From: Marsupella aquatica
Taxonomy: Eukaryota; Plantae; Marchantiophyta
Direction: 5' to 3'
NCBI GenBank assembly: GCA_973895155.1
Contig: OZ316891.1
Coordinates: forward strand, 18,471,987 to 18,535,986
Length of the DNA stretch: 64,000 nucleotides
Each line of letters opens with the position of its first letter. Within the stretch, counting starts at the first letter, position 1. A model generated the notes under the pieces. It saw only the letters and a list, made by a program, of their open reading frames with translations, was not told where the DNA came from and did no database searches. Of this stretch, positions 1 through 13,205 are shown in pieces. Position numbers and translations under genes: made by a program.

Positions 1-614
1 TGGTGACTTGATGTGGAGGTGAGCTTATTTCTCAGTGAAGGGGGGCCCAGTCCACTGTACTCAGATAATGACTTGTGTGCAGTGGCTAGTATACCAGTTC
101 CTTTCTTTGTGCAAGTAAGACCTGTGAATGTTTAAATGAGTTTTTAAAAGGATAGAGGTTTTAATCCGATGTAGTTAGCCCCCCCCCCCCACAAGAAGAG
201 CTACAGCCCTGTCTATACTATCCCCAGTCGCTACTGAATTCTACCTGCTCCAACAAGTATTGAATGAGTACAATTTCAGTGAACAATATTTAATTTGTGT
301 GCTCTATGGTCTTCACAGTGGTTGCCTTTTTGAATAAACTTCTCTTTGACTCTTCTGAACATTTTTTCCAAGTCTGCCTGACACTAAACCCTGAACTGCT
401 TGCTCTCTGTGCAGAGCACCCTTAAGCCAAAGCCAAGTTATTTTTGACATTGCTTGTACTCCGTGAGATCAAGGTGGGCAGGACATCTCCTGATTTGTAC
501 TAAGACCTCTTACGGTAAGTACACTATGTCCACATACCATCTTTGTACTTGTCTGTTGCCCTTCTCCATACACTTCTTGTAATATTCAAGGTAATTACAT
601 GTGCAGATCCACGC

Positions 615-1328
615 ATGACATCGGGCATGGCACGAGCTGATGCTGCCTGGCTGGATCCAAAGTTTGCCCATAAAGAACACCTTCGCTTGGATCCCCCTTG
701 TTGTTTTGAATGTGATGAGGGAGGCACTATTTTGTTTTGCGATGGGCCTTGCAGTCATCATTTCCATTACTTAGTTCATGGCCAGCAAGCTCCTCAGGAG
801 CCTGATGGCCATGGGCCTGAGTGCACACCCGTTGCCATTTCTAGAGGGCATGATTGGGCCAAGGAGTGGCTCTGTGACCTCTGTCAGCAGAACCAAGGTC
901 GTTGCTTTGCTTGTGGACTACTTGGCCGAACCCTAAAGCCCACTACAGATGAGCCCCTTGTGGTCCAGTGTGCACAAGATGACTGCTCTTCTTTTTATCA
1001 CGTGGGTTGTCTGCGGACCATACTGAGGGCAAGGGAGTTGCCTCTCCTGGGGTACGCACAAAACTCAGATGCACATCCCGCTGCTCTGATATGCCCAAGG
1101 CATTATTGTGATGTTTGCAAGGAGTATCGGGATGGCATCTGGGAATTCATCCAGTGTCGTAGGTGCCCTCGTGCGTGGTGCAGGGATGAGGGACCATAGG
1201 CAGACAAACACCTCAAGAGAGGGGTGAAGGGTAGAGAAACGTGGGATATTGGTCCATGGCGTATGGTGTACTGCAATCGCCATGTCATTCCAGAGAGTTC
1301 TGATGTGCCACCTCATGATTTCAAATAG
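615..1328 (+). pseudogene. EDM2-like composite PHD-finger protein, copy 1 (one in-frame stop at 1197-1199)
   Basis: Cys/His spacing CCFECDEGG..FCDGPCSHHFH..WLCDLC..RCFACGLLG..CAQDDCSSFYHVGCL..ICPRHYCDVC..CRRCPRAW matches the EDM2/NSD-type PHD array. Reading through TAG gives ADKHLKRGVKGRETWDIGPWRMVYCNRHVIP...HDFK*, resembling the EDM2 RAW..L.NRILIYC..H.I segment. The start codon (615 or 627) is uncertain. Confidence 0.8.
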
Positions 1329-1424
1329 ATGATAAGCCTTAGTTCAGTTGTGTAGAAAACACTGCCTAGTACAAAGTATATTGAACTTGTCATGGGTTAA
1401 GGACTTCTGGAGGATACTGGACAC

Positions 1425-1612
1425 AAAATGGACTAAAGGGGTACAGTGGAGCACCAGAGTTTTTTGTTGGATGAAAATAGAGTGAAGTGCCAAGTTGGAT
1501 TCAATGGACTAAACTGAAATGGACTAAAGCAGGATGATTGTATGAAATGGACTAAACTGCCTGATTGTATGAAGTGGACTAAATTGTCTCACTGTATGAA
1601 GTGGACTACACC
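1425..1612 (+). repeat. Short tandem/dispersed repeat (core TGGACTAAA, ~30 bp period in the 3' part)
   Basis: GATTGTATGAAaTGGACTAAAcTG is repeated about 3 times at 1535-1610, with further TGGACTAAA copies at about 1429, 1505 and 1520. Confidence 0.7.
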
Positions 1613-2716
1613 TGTGGTTGAGACTGTTTGCCCTAGAGTAGAGCAACACTTAGTGGAGAAAGACCAGTATCAATTCTGATTGTATGATGACTGTTACAGC
1701 TGTACTCAGCAATATATGAACAGCCTGAATGGAGATACATAACAAAAGAACTAAAACACTAAAAAACATCACACTGACCTTAGAGGCAAGACCTAAAATC
1801 CACCCAAGGTCTTAAAAATGTTGTTGTCCCTTTGAGGGATCTGGCCATAAGAAGGCAAACTTTACATAATGTCTCTCAAGTTTTGTAGTACTGCCTTTCT
1901 AAACCTACAGCCTTAAGAACTCCTTCAACCCTTCAACCTGGGTCGATCTCTGAACTTCGTCATTTTTGATAATTTTGAAGACTGAGTGACTGTATTTTAT
2001 TCTGACTATTGCACAAAAACACAGTATGTGACATTATGTAGATTACATGAAATCCTTTGAGGCCCTTGCCCATATGTATCCTGGTTTGTGTGGGGATGAT
2101 GAAATGTTGTGATCTGAATCTATTCTAGTACCTGCCCAAAACAAACTGCCTTGATGAAGATGATCATTTCAACAAATTAATTCAAAAGTCACAGAATGAA
2201 GGAGGGGATTGTTGGACATTATGATTAATGTTTGTTATTGTATTCACTGTTTTGAAGGGTCTGAGATTGCTGACTACTGTGAACACCCTTGCCCTAAATC
2301 TGGTTGAGGTAGGCCTCTATTTGGTCTTGTAAACTTTTGTCATTTTCATTTGTACAATTCAGGTCTCCTTCAAATACCCATTGCCACTTACAGTATGAAT
2401 TGAGATTAGGTAACGTGTACCCAAGTAAATAATTTCTGATCAAGTTGCTAATATGTAATCTGTTTACCTTTTGTTGGCATGCATGTACTATTCTATTGGC
2501 AATGAAGGCTAAAGTGGGAGCTGCCTTTACCTCAGTTGGAGTACTGTACCTCAAATGTATGTCTATTCTTCACTTGTGCACACATTTGCTTCACATGACG
2601 GTCTAGAAGATGGTATGGAAGGGTTTTGGAGTTGTCTAGAACAAATTCATATGCTCTGCAAGATGTCACAGAAGAAAGACGTGCACCTGTGTTTTTGATT
2701 AGGTAGTGCTGCAATC

Positions 2717-5700
2717 ATGGCTTTTTCTAGCCAGGCTGGGTCACATAACACTGCACATACAATAGAGGCAAACAACCTGAGAAGATTACCTCTTTCCCAT
2801 CCACGTCGAATACAGCGTCGTGATGATAACTTATGGGCTCGGGAACAGACAGCTTGCTCTGGTAGTGTTGATCATAGAATGTATTGCTCTTGCATGGAAT
2901 GCAAAGGGATTGTTAAGACTACTCGAAAGACCAGTCGACAACATCTTCTTAAATATGGCCGCTACCCTGCCTGTCAAGTGTGGGTAGGAGAGGGTGAAGA
3001 CGTACTCTTCTGATGAGGAGTGGAGATCCAATTACATTCGTAACTCTGGTCCAGAGGCACTAAGGGCAGGAATGTCTCGAGAGGCATTCCACTCAGGCCA
3101 GCCATCAATAGATGTTGAAGAGCAGGTCAGAGTTTTACTTCAGGAGACATTGGCAAGAGCTTCTGAAGAGTCTGACGAATATGTGGATAATGATCCTCCT
3201 TTTGATATAGATTCAATGTTTCAAAATGATGAGAATGAGGCAGGTCCACCCTTTGCTGAGACCAGGGCTGAGGACACACCTGCAGCAGGGCATCCTATAA
3301 ATCCTGTCCCTCTGCAAGGGTCTTTAGAAGAAGCCATGAGACCCTTATTTCCAGGCAGTAAGACTGATGTAGTTTCCTTCATGTTATTGTTTTTAAACAT
3401 CTGTCACAACAATAGGTTCTCAAACACGGGAGTGAATGCCATGCTGTCTTTGTTGACTGAGCATGGAATGCCAATAGAGCACACTCTCCCTAAAAACCTA
3501 TATGCTGAAAAACAATTACTAAGAAAATTGGGTTTAGACTATGAGAGAATCCCAGTCTGTGAGAATGGATGTATGTTGTTTAGAAATGAGACTGCAGAGT
3601 TGGACAATTGTTCCAAGTGTAATCAGCCAAAGATGAAGTTAGTGGGGAATTCTTTACAGCCTGCGAAGGTCTTGAGATATTTCCCTATAATCCCTCGATT
3701 GAAGAGATTGTATGCCACTAAGGGTACATCTAAGCTAATGACTTGGCATCATGAGAACAAGAGCAAGGACAACATGGTGCGACATCCAGCAGATTCAAAG
3801 GCATGGAAACATGTGGACACAGAGATCGACCCTACTTTTGCTGTTGAGCCAAGGAATGTGCGAATGGGATTGGCACTTGATGGGGTAAATCCATTTGGGA
3901 ATAATTCTACTGCCTGGTCTACATGGCCAATCCTGCTATTGAATTATAATATCCCTCCTTGGCTTTCCACAAAGAAGTTCTTTGTCATGCTGGCTCTTCT
4001 AATTCCAGGTCCTGTGTCTGTAAGCGAGGAACAATTTGATGTATACATGCTCCACTTGTGGATGGTCTTGAGACATTATGGTCAGAAGGAGTAGATTGTT
4101 TTGATGTTCTACCAAGGCTAGGATTGCAGCAACAGTTCAAGCTAAGGGCTTCAGTATTGTGGACAATCAATGATTATCCTGCATATGGATTAGTCTCCGG
4201 CCAACAACATGCAGGGTACAAAGGATGTGTGGTTTGTGGGCCAAATTGTGTGGCACAAGGTTCAAAAAAGTTGGGCAAGTTACTGTTTGCTGGCCATCGT
4301 CGCTGGTTACCACATAGGCACTATTTTCGCAGAGAGGAAGTGGCAAAATACTTTAATGGTGAGGTAGAGGCATGAGCTGCACCATGTAGAGTGTCCAGCT
4401 CTGATAGGAAACGTTGGGGAGAAAAGGCCGCTAAATATGTGGAGAAGAAACCAGGGAATGCGCTGGATGATGAAAACTCTCCAGTAAAGAAGAATGGAGT
4501 GAAGAGGGTTATTGGATTATATAAGCTGCCGTACTGGAGTGTAAGTATCTGGTTCCCCATACTGAATCCCTTAGTGTGTAATGTTAAGTACCAAAGAGTA
4601 ACATTTCTGATTCTAACTTAGTTTGTATTGAACTGTGCGTCCAATGTAGAAACTTCTCATCAACCATGTTTGGATCCCATGCACTGTGAGAAGAATCTTG
4701 CACACAACATTGTGCACACTATTTTGGGGACAAAGGATACTCCTTCTGTTCGAGAAGACATGAAAGTCATGGACGTGCGGGAACATTTGTGGCTGGTTCC
4801 AAATCCAGATCCAAAAAAAGATTCAAAGATCATGCCGCCAGCCCCATACTGCCTCAGTAAGACAGAGAAGACTAAGTTCTTAGAGGTATTGTTGACCTTT
4901 AAAGGGCCCACTAGTTTCAGCAGTTCTCTGGCTAAATGTGTCACAGTTAAGAAGAAGTTATCAGGGCTGAAATCTCGCGATTTCCATCACCTCATGCAAC
5001 AAATCCTTCCATTGGCAACAATGGGATTACTTGATGAAGGTGTTCGGTTGGCCATAGCCAAAGTGAGCAATTTGTGGCATACCATCTGTGCCAAGGTTTG
5101 GGATCCCTCACAGTATGACTCTGTGATGTTGGATGTTGCATTCACACTCTGCCTTATGGAAATTCATTTCCCACCAAGCTTCTTTGATGTCATGACCCAT
5201 CTGTTGATTCATCTGGTTCAGGAACTAGACATCTGTGGTCCAGTGAACATTAGATGGATGTACCCAATAGAAAGATATCTAAAGACCTTGAAGGGTTATG
5301 TTCGAAACAAGGCACGTCCAGAGGCTTCTATGGCTGAAGGCTACCTTCTGGATGAATCTTTAGGATTCCTTTCTGAATACATGATCGATGTTAAGGGGAC
5401 AGGAATGAGAACATGGGACTTGGAGGAGAATCCTGGTGTTGCAGGCATTGTCTCGGAAGGAGCTGGAAAACAAATCACCTTGGAGTGGAATGATATGATA
5501 GCTATGCATCATTACATACTGGAGAATGAAGAGCTGGTGGAACCATGGTATAGATATGAGCATGGTTTATATTGTTAAGTTCTCTGTTGTTTATTATCAA
5601 ACAGAATTGAGTTTTGAGCAGAAATTGTGTGGGCCTAGGAGCTGACTGTCATTCTTGCCATGCAGGGTTTATGATGATCAAAAGGAGGCAGTTACCAAGC

Positions 5701-6506
5701 ACAGAGCAGATTTCCGGAAAGAATGGATGAAGAATCCAGGAAATCAGAGGAATCCTGTGCTTTATCCCTCTGATTTGGATGAGTTGCCTCCTTTTAGAGA
5801 ATGGTTTGAAGTGACAATTAGAAGACATAATTTTGAGAATGAGTTTGAACGAATGGTGTTGGCAGCGTATAGTGTACCACCTAGTTTGAAGGCACTGCGG
5901 TACAGGGCCTGCAGAGCCTATGGGCACCATTGGAGGACCATTCCATCACTAGGTTCCTTGATTGATTGTGACTCATCTGGGTTCAAGACTTTTGATTATG
6001 GGATGGCTTGTACATTCACTGAGAAGCGGGTCATTAGGTCAGGGGCAACAGTAGATGAATCTGTACAATATGTGGGGGTGTTGACAGACATCTTAGTGTT
6101 GAACTATGGGCCTCTGTTAAAGGAAGTGGTCATTTTCAAAGGAAGGTGGGCAAACCCATCTTGGACTCCCAAAGCCATTGCAAGTATGAGATATGATGCG
6201 TCTGGATTGTGGCAAGTAAATTTTCAGAAGGAGCTAGGTGCTTCCAAGAAAATGGACTATGTATTGCCACGACAGATAGAACAGGTGTTTTTTTACCCAA
6301 ATGATAAGGGGATTGCATGGAGGACAATCCTCCACAAGGAATCCAGGTCTACAAGGGTACTAGGTGATTACATGGAAATTCATTTCCATGATACTATGGA
6401 TGACAATACTAAGTTTCACATAGAGTTGGCAGAAGCTTGTACAACTAGACAGGAGCCTAGACCAAGTACTACAGACAAAGGAAAAAGAAAGTATAAAAGG
6501 AAATGA
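2717..6506 (+). pseudogene. CACTA TnpD/Tnp2 transposase (transposase-associated domain, Transposase_21, DUF4218, DUF4216), frameshifted
   Basis: Motifs: MYCSCMECK..RQHLLKYG; YERIPVCENGCMLF..CSKC; LRYFPIIPRLKRLY; RHPADSKAWKH; RNVRMGLALDGVNPF; WTINDYPAYG; HRRWLP; LDPMHCEKN; FPPSFFDVMTHLLIHL; RWMYPIERYL..LKGYVRNKARPEASMAEGY; YVLPRQIEQVFF. Frameshifts near 3000, 4060 and 4668; stop at 4373-4375; introns near 4541-4649 and 5550-5665. Confidence 0.93.
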
Positions 6507-8400
6507 ATGGTTTGAAGATACTGTACAGTCCAATTTCATTTGGTTGGGAGTGGGATTATACTAACATGGCATGCCATGGTCTAGCAGTGAATGCAGCGAA
6601 TACCTCCATATGAGGAGGAACGAAATAAGAAGGTAGCAGACAACAATAGAAAATTCAGGGAGATATTTGGAGAAAATTTCAATTTCATGTGAGTATAATC
6701 TTGCATGTTGTTTTGAATGTGCAAAGATGTGTTAATATTGCTCATCAGCAATATGAGTTGGTTTTTGGTACTTGTCATTCATTCATTGATATTCTTTGAT
6801 GTAGACTGGGTGCAACACAGACCGTAGGGCGCAAGAAGGAAACAAGTGCACGTCGAACTCCTACAAGTGAGGTTACCACACAGAGGAGACAGAGCTCCAG
6901 ACTATCAAGAATTGCCTCAGTGAGTATGGCAGAGTCTGGTGATGAGGGCTCTGAATCAGATTATGACACTGATGCTGAGTACAGTGAAGATGAGAAACCA
7001 GAAAGTTCATCCAAGGTGAGATTCCTATTACATTTCACCAACATTATGAGGAAACTATAAACATTGGTAGTGATTTTGTTTAATAACATTGGTTTTAACT
7101 TGATCTGGATAGGAACATCTGCAACCACCATCTAAGAGCTTGGCAGATGCAAAAGAAACCCCTACAAAGGTTGGACCTTCCATGAGTGGCATGGTGCAAT
7201 GTTACAAAGACCCTGTGACTGGCCAACTATTTGAATGTAAGTAATTTCAAAGATTTTCAAGTATTTTTCAATGTTGATCTATATGAATGTTGGATTCATA
7301 ACTCCAGTGGTTTGCATGTGTATAGTGGTGGTTCCATCAGCATCGATTGGGAAATCTGGACACTCTGCGGTAGTGACATCCAGTCAGGGTACGTTCAGGT
7401 AAGTCAAATTCAATGAAGCATCCTCCTATTATATTGTAATATTTCTTGTCCCTCATTTTGCAATAGTGGATGATCAATATTGGATGCTCATTGTGTATGT
7501 AGAGGGAAGAAAGACTGCAACTGAGCAACGCAGGGAATCTAGGCAAGCCAAAAAACAATTCCAGAGAACCGGTAGTGCAAGAAGGGCTGACAATAAGAAG
7601 GGAAAATTGATAACGGTAAGATTTTCATTGCACATTTCACATTTGTGACCTACAATTTGTGTACTCAGAAGCAATTGGGTGTTTATTTCATTTCCAATGT
7701 TGATGACTATCATTTATGGTGTTTTTTTCAGATTCATGACAATGATATTGATGATTCTCATCCTAATAAACCATATTGGATGGAGGAGCTACGTGCCAAT
7801 GTCTTGAGGCTTTTTCTCGGGGGCCTCAGTATATAGAGACCCCCATATCACGCTCGACATTTTGGACCCTTGCACCCCTAACTTATTAAGTAAAATTTTT
7901 ATTTCCCCTTCCCTATCATACTTAGAAGAATTCCAAATCCTAACATTTTGACCCCTAAAAATAGTTAAGTAAAGTTTTGTTGTGAATTAAACACCCCTTA
8001 GTAAGAAAAGAAAAGTTCATTCAAATGCGCACCTTATCTGGGTCTTTGTCAAGCTTATTTGAACCCTAATGTGCTCCTTAGGCATCCATATCTCATGGAA
8101 AACTGATAGTATATAGTGTTGATGCTTCCACTAAGAATACCAATTCTAGTAGAAGCTTCAGCAATATACAGTGTGAGTTATTCATATTGCAATCTGTTGT
8201 GCTTGTCTGATGTGAAAGGTAGGTATACCAAAAAGGAATTGAGTCAAGAATCTGAATGGTGAGTGTCCGTGGCAGAGGGGAATTGAACCCCTGATTGAGC
8301 AAGAAGCTCAAGTATCCAAATCTGCCACCCCCTAGCCTATTCCCCTAACCTATCCCCTATACATACTAAAACCACTACCATGACTATTGATGCATGAAAA

Positions 8401-11400
8401 TCATTCAACTCTAGACATGGTCTCCAAATAAGTATCCAAAGCTTGTTTATCAACTCGATCTAACACATACACTAAACCAATCTCTTGTTTCATGGTTAAA
8501 GTAACATTAGTCATCACCATTTCTATATCAATCCATTGTAAATCAGTTGTATCATAAGTGAATTCAACTTTGCTTGAGCTTGTTGGCTTATACCAATTGA
8601 ACAAGAACTGACAAATACTCCCTACGTGTCCATGAGGAGGTGTTGGTCTGTCAAGCAAATCAATAGCAGATCTCACTCTAGTCCATTGTCCTTTAACTTT
8701 TTGTCTCATCATCATAATCCGACCAAGCCAAAATTCTTTCTTTGCTTGCACTATTGGCTCTTGAATCCTAGATTTACCTCTTCCCTTACCTTTCCCCTTT
8801 TTTGATCTTGTAGAAGGGCCTGCATCATTAGCACTTTCAAATGCTACTCCACGATCACTCCCAACATCAACAAAACAAGTCGCAGTATTCGGATCACATT
8901 GTTTCCTCTTACCAAGATTATAGTATGCCACTTGCTTCACCCTTGTCAGCCTATCTTTAGACAAATGAGGGTTGCCCACTAGTTGACTCACCAAAGTTGA
9001 TTTGTAAATTGTTCTGCCCTCATATGTAACTGTAGGCAAAACCTTCTTCTTTTCCTGTAGAGGGCTCTGAAAAGACTGTGTAAACTCAGCTACAACAGAA
9101 GACAGCACATGACGAACCTCATGCCCCAAAGTATCTACCTCCACAGAATGAGGTTCTGGTATGTCTAACTCAACCCCATCCTGCAAAACATCATCAGGAA
9201 TGATTAGCTCATTTGTCAACCATGCATCAATTCGATTTAGATCTTCCTCAGGGTCTTCAAATACATGAAAATCTCCTTCTAGACGAGGTCCAATTGGAGA
9301 TCTGTGCTCTACATGCTCTTCAGAATTGTCAACAATAACTGCATCTGCTATTATAGCTGAATCTGGCCATGTCTGAACTTCCACATCCCAAGGGTGAGTC
9401 CACCATCGCTTTCTTGCTGCTGGCAGATCACTTCTGGGAGACATTTGTAACCTTCTAAGAAACTCTCTTGCTTCTTCAAAACCTTCTTTCAAGGCTGCAA
9501 CCACCAACTCATTAGTTTGCACTTTAGAGTAATCAAAAAGATTTGGTGCATCTTCACCTTCAAGTAAAGGATGAAGCTTGGCCCATACATAATCTTGCTT
9601 TTTATGTGATCGAGCTACTTTCAAGCCCTCTGGTCCACATTCTAATCCAGCAAGACGATTTAACCCAACAGCACTGTCCAACAAGGAGCCAAAATCATAA
9701 TTCCTCTCATGGCCACTCATTCCACCTACTTTGCTGAAAAATATCTCACAACAATTAGAACCTAACTCATGAAATGGAATACACAAGTGAGAAAACTTAT
9801 CACCAAATGCACATATAAGCAATACAATAAATTGACATGACATGTTAACATCATGAAAAGCCTGGATTGAAATCATATTTCTCTCTGTATGTGAAGCAAC
9901 ATTTCCACCTACAGCATGATCACCATACCTCAACCACAACCTCCACAATCGAAAGAACCAAGAAACTTTGCCTGCCAGCTTCACTCTAGTCCTCAGGTCA
10001 TGTCTCTGGGAGTAGAAAATGTCAATATAGTCTACACAAATCTGCAGATACAACTCTATCCCCAAACTTCGTTCATGCAACAGATCAATTCTTCCATGCA
10101 GATCTGCTAAACAGTCACGCACCTTTTCTGATGCTATCCTTTGGGGACCAGCCCAGTTTTGACGGTCGGATCTGTTCACATCATCCCAATTCAATCCATG
10201 TTGATAGATTGGATAGTTATTGTACACATTACAAACATGAAATAGGGAAGCATGTTGGTCTCCAAGTGCCATTATTGAGGACACTCGATCTAGTGGGTTA
10301 ATCAACTTTTTCCCATTGTGAGGCTGGTCTTGATCACCAAAACCATACAGGTCCCCATTAGGCAATATGGCAACTGAGTAAGGCCATCCTTCCCACCCTA
10401 TAGAAAATCTAGGGTAAGACCCATTAGCTCCTTTGTAATCTTCTAACATCAATTTCCTGCGCCTTGCATCACCATCACTAGCATGCCCAAGCAAAGGACC
10501 TACAGAGTCTCTGCAATGCAGATCCCAAGATTCTTTCAATTGCTTCCAGTGCTCTCTAACCCATTCTGCCTTGAACTTGTTACATGTTGATATAGCACAG
10601 AGGGCCAACTTTGGCATTCCAACATGCAATGGATTCACAATGACAACTCTAGCATACATTCCCTTGTTAAAATCCTCAAATGTATTTACAATCTTGTTAT
10701 AGCCATACTCACCATCACCTACAAGAATTTCTAATCCAAATTCACAGGTATGTCCATCCTTATGGCCACAAAAACCAATCAGAGTGTCATATTTGGCCTC
10801 CCACCTGCAGAGAGCCAATTTCAAATGAAAACCAAGTCAATTTCAAAGAATTGGTAAAACTATGCATCACAAATAATCTTCACCTTCAATTGCATCATTA
10901 TGTGCTATAATATGCAAACATACCTTGGGCTTTCCTTGATCCTAGTTTCATCCTCTGCAAGCATGATAGGTACATGTCCTTCAATTCCCAACATCTCCTT
11001 TGCAGTAGACAGAATTCGAGCCACCTCCTTGAATGTTTCTGGCCTAATTCCAGTACGAAATTGAACAAATTTTGCTCTATCTCGTTTTAGTGTCTTCAGG
11101 CTTGGCCCAGCTAAGTTCCTTGCAAAAACATGGGCCACCTGCCGGCCCCCATATTGAAACATAGCCTGAGCTATGGCTTTTGTTTTCTGACTATAACGAA
11201 ATCCCCTTGCACTTCTCTCCAAATTTCTACCTACATCTTTCAGAAAATCCCACAAACCTTCTTTTCCACCAAATGCACCATTCCTATGACCATTGACTAT
11301 ACTCCTTAGGAAAAGTCTCAAATCTTTTCTGTCTGCAGCTACTCCTAACAGTTCTTGCAATTTTCTCTTCCTAGTACTAAGGGCACACACTTTCTGAGTT

Positions 11401-12980
11401 TGTAATGCCAACAACCATCTCTCTTTTCTTCTCTTGACATTGAGACCATGCATCTGTGTGGTCAACTCTGGACGTGTCAAGTAGCGTGCATTCAAACCAC
11501 CCTCTGTGCTTCTTTCCCCTCTCTTTGCTAAAGCCTCCGCTTCCCTGTGCACCCGCCCACAAAAGTCATCTTCTAGTGTTATAGCATGACATCTACTGCA
11601 AGTTAAGTTCAGAAACCCCCCACCATACAAGGACAGCCTACAACACTGTTTATGCCTTAATAGTCCTTCTATATGTACAATAGAATTTGTATTAGGATTG
11701 TAGACATCAACAGAGACTGTGGCATTTACATCCCATACATGTCCTCCATGCTGATCCTGTAAGATACCCTTCACAGCATACTTCACATTCTTCCACTCTA
11801 CATATTCATCCCATATTCCCCAACAGAGCAAACTTAGGCCCATATCAATGTCTACAGACCCACCTGTGCCAGAGCTGCTGCTTGCATTGGAAGCATCCTC
11901 CTTGAAGAATTTTAAAATTGAATTCTGTGAAGGATGTTGATCCCTCTCATCTGGCTTCCTTGGTCTGCCCCTCTTTCCAGATCTCAATGCAAGTTCAGCA
12001 GTATTCTCTCTGGCTTCAACTACATCCAGGTGACCCCGACTGACCAAGTGTGTCCTCAGGTTGTGATCCAAAGTCCCCTTCTTACAAACCAGATCCATGA
12101 TTGCCCCACAAACCTTACACCTGACCTTATACAGGAACCACTTGTTTGCATTATTGGCTAAACCAGGCATAGGGGGCACATGAAATAGCTCATCATCACC
12201 TCCACACTCAGCATTCAAATTCTGTACTATCTCTAGGCCAGTTGCTATGGCCCCCTCATAATCAAACTCAGGCTTTTGTGCAAGATCTGAGGGCTTCACT
12301 CCAATCATAGCAATTCCCCTTCTCCTACAGTAATTGTCTTTGTGTTTAGCAAAGGCAAGGTGCTTGGTCTTAAAATTGCTAAACAGATTAGCAATTGACT
12401 TCTTATCTTGGGAATTGTCTGCCCTCCCATAGATAACTCTGCACTCAAGACACTCTAAATGGCCTCTCACATCCTGTCCTTCATCCCATGTACGAATTCT
12501 CCAATTATGATTTTTATAACCATTCTTTTGAACCCACTTCTCTAGTCTTATAAATTCATCATTCCAAACTTTGACAGCTGCCTTAGACATAAGAATAGAC
12601 TCAAAAGAAGCTCTCACAGGGGGAGCTTCTTGCAGTTGTTCACCTTGGGAAGAGTCCACTGCAACTGATTGGGTGATAGCAGCAGAAACCGATGGGAACT
12701 CTGTCCCAATAGTCGGCAAGGATCCAATTTGTTCAATGACAGCAACTTTCCCATCCAATTCAGACAGCTCAGTCATTTTCTCACTCTTGACCTTCATTCG
12801 ACCAGGAAGCCTATAATCCCAGAAATCAAAATCAAAATCAACCAAATCAGGAATTTGATTTCAAAAATCAGCTAAAGTTTGACCTTCTTTGAACGCCAAC
12901 ACAGCTATTGGTTCTTCATCTTTCCCATCAGTCACCACATCCCTTTTTTTGTGCAATAGTTTTACAAACTGGGTAGCCAT
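8401..12980 (-). pseudogene. P-element-superfamily-like DDE transposase, two exons (12980-10924, 10804-8401), ~1486 codons with a single premature stop
   Basis: The GT-AG intron 10923-10805 joins IKESP-R-WEAKYD in frame. Catalytic-type motifs occur in P-transposase order: LAEDETRIK, HASDGDARR, DQDQPHNGKKLIN (D(2)H), DRQNW, LGSNCCEIFFS. The ATG at 12980 is in frame, with only a TGA at 12861-12863 (likely from CGA). The N-terminus has two C2H2-like fingers and KRGRPRK. Confidence 0.8.
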
Positions 12981-13205
12981 TTCAATGAATTGGTTCAAGT
13001 AGGTTAAAGTATCAAGGGTTCTAAATACATTCACAGATACATAATGGACCTGCCATACACAATGAACCTGTCATACAACACAGTAAACAACACAATATGA
13101 AGCAAATTAGACATTGTTCAAAAAACCTTTTCAAAACCAGCTTTTAAGAAGACCCAAACAAAAACTTGCTGGTCATTGTTCACATGTGATTAGTCTAGTG
13201 AAACT

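Noticed and set aside
543-1328. Programmed stop-codon readthrough in the PHD genes
   Set aside because: The stops fall at different positions in the two paralogs, and each is explained by one C-to-T change, so decay is the simpler explanation.
8401-12845. Two separate genes (807 aa and 646 aa) as in the ORF track
   Set aside because: A canonical 119-bp intron joins them in frame next to the first catalytic motif, giving one transposase.
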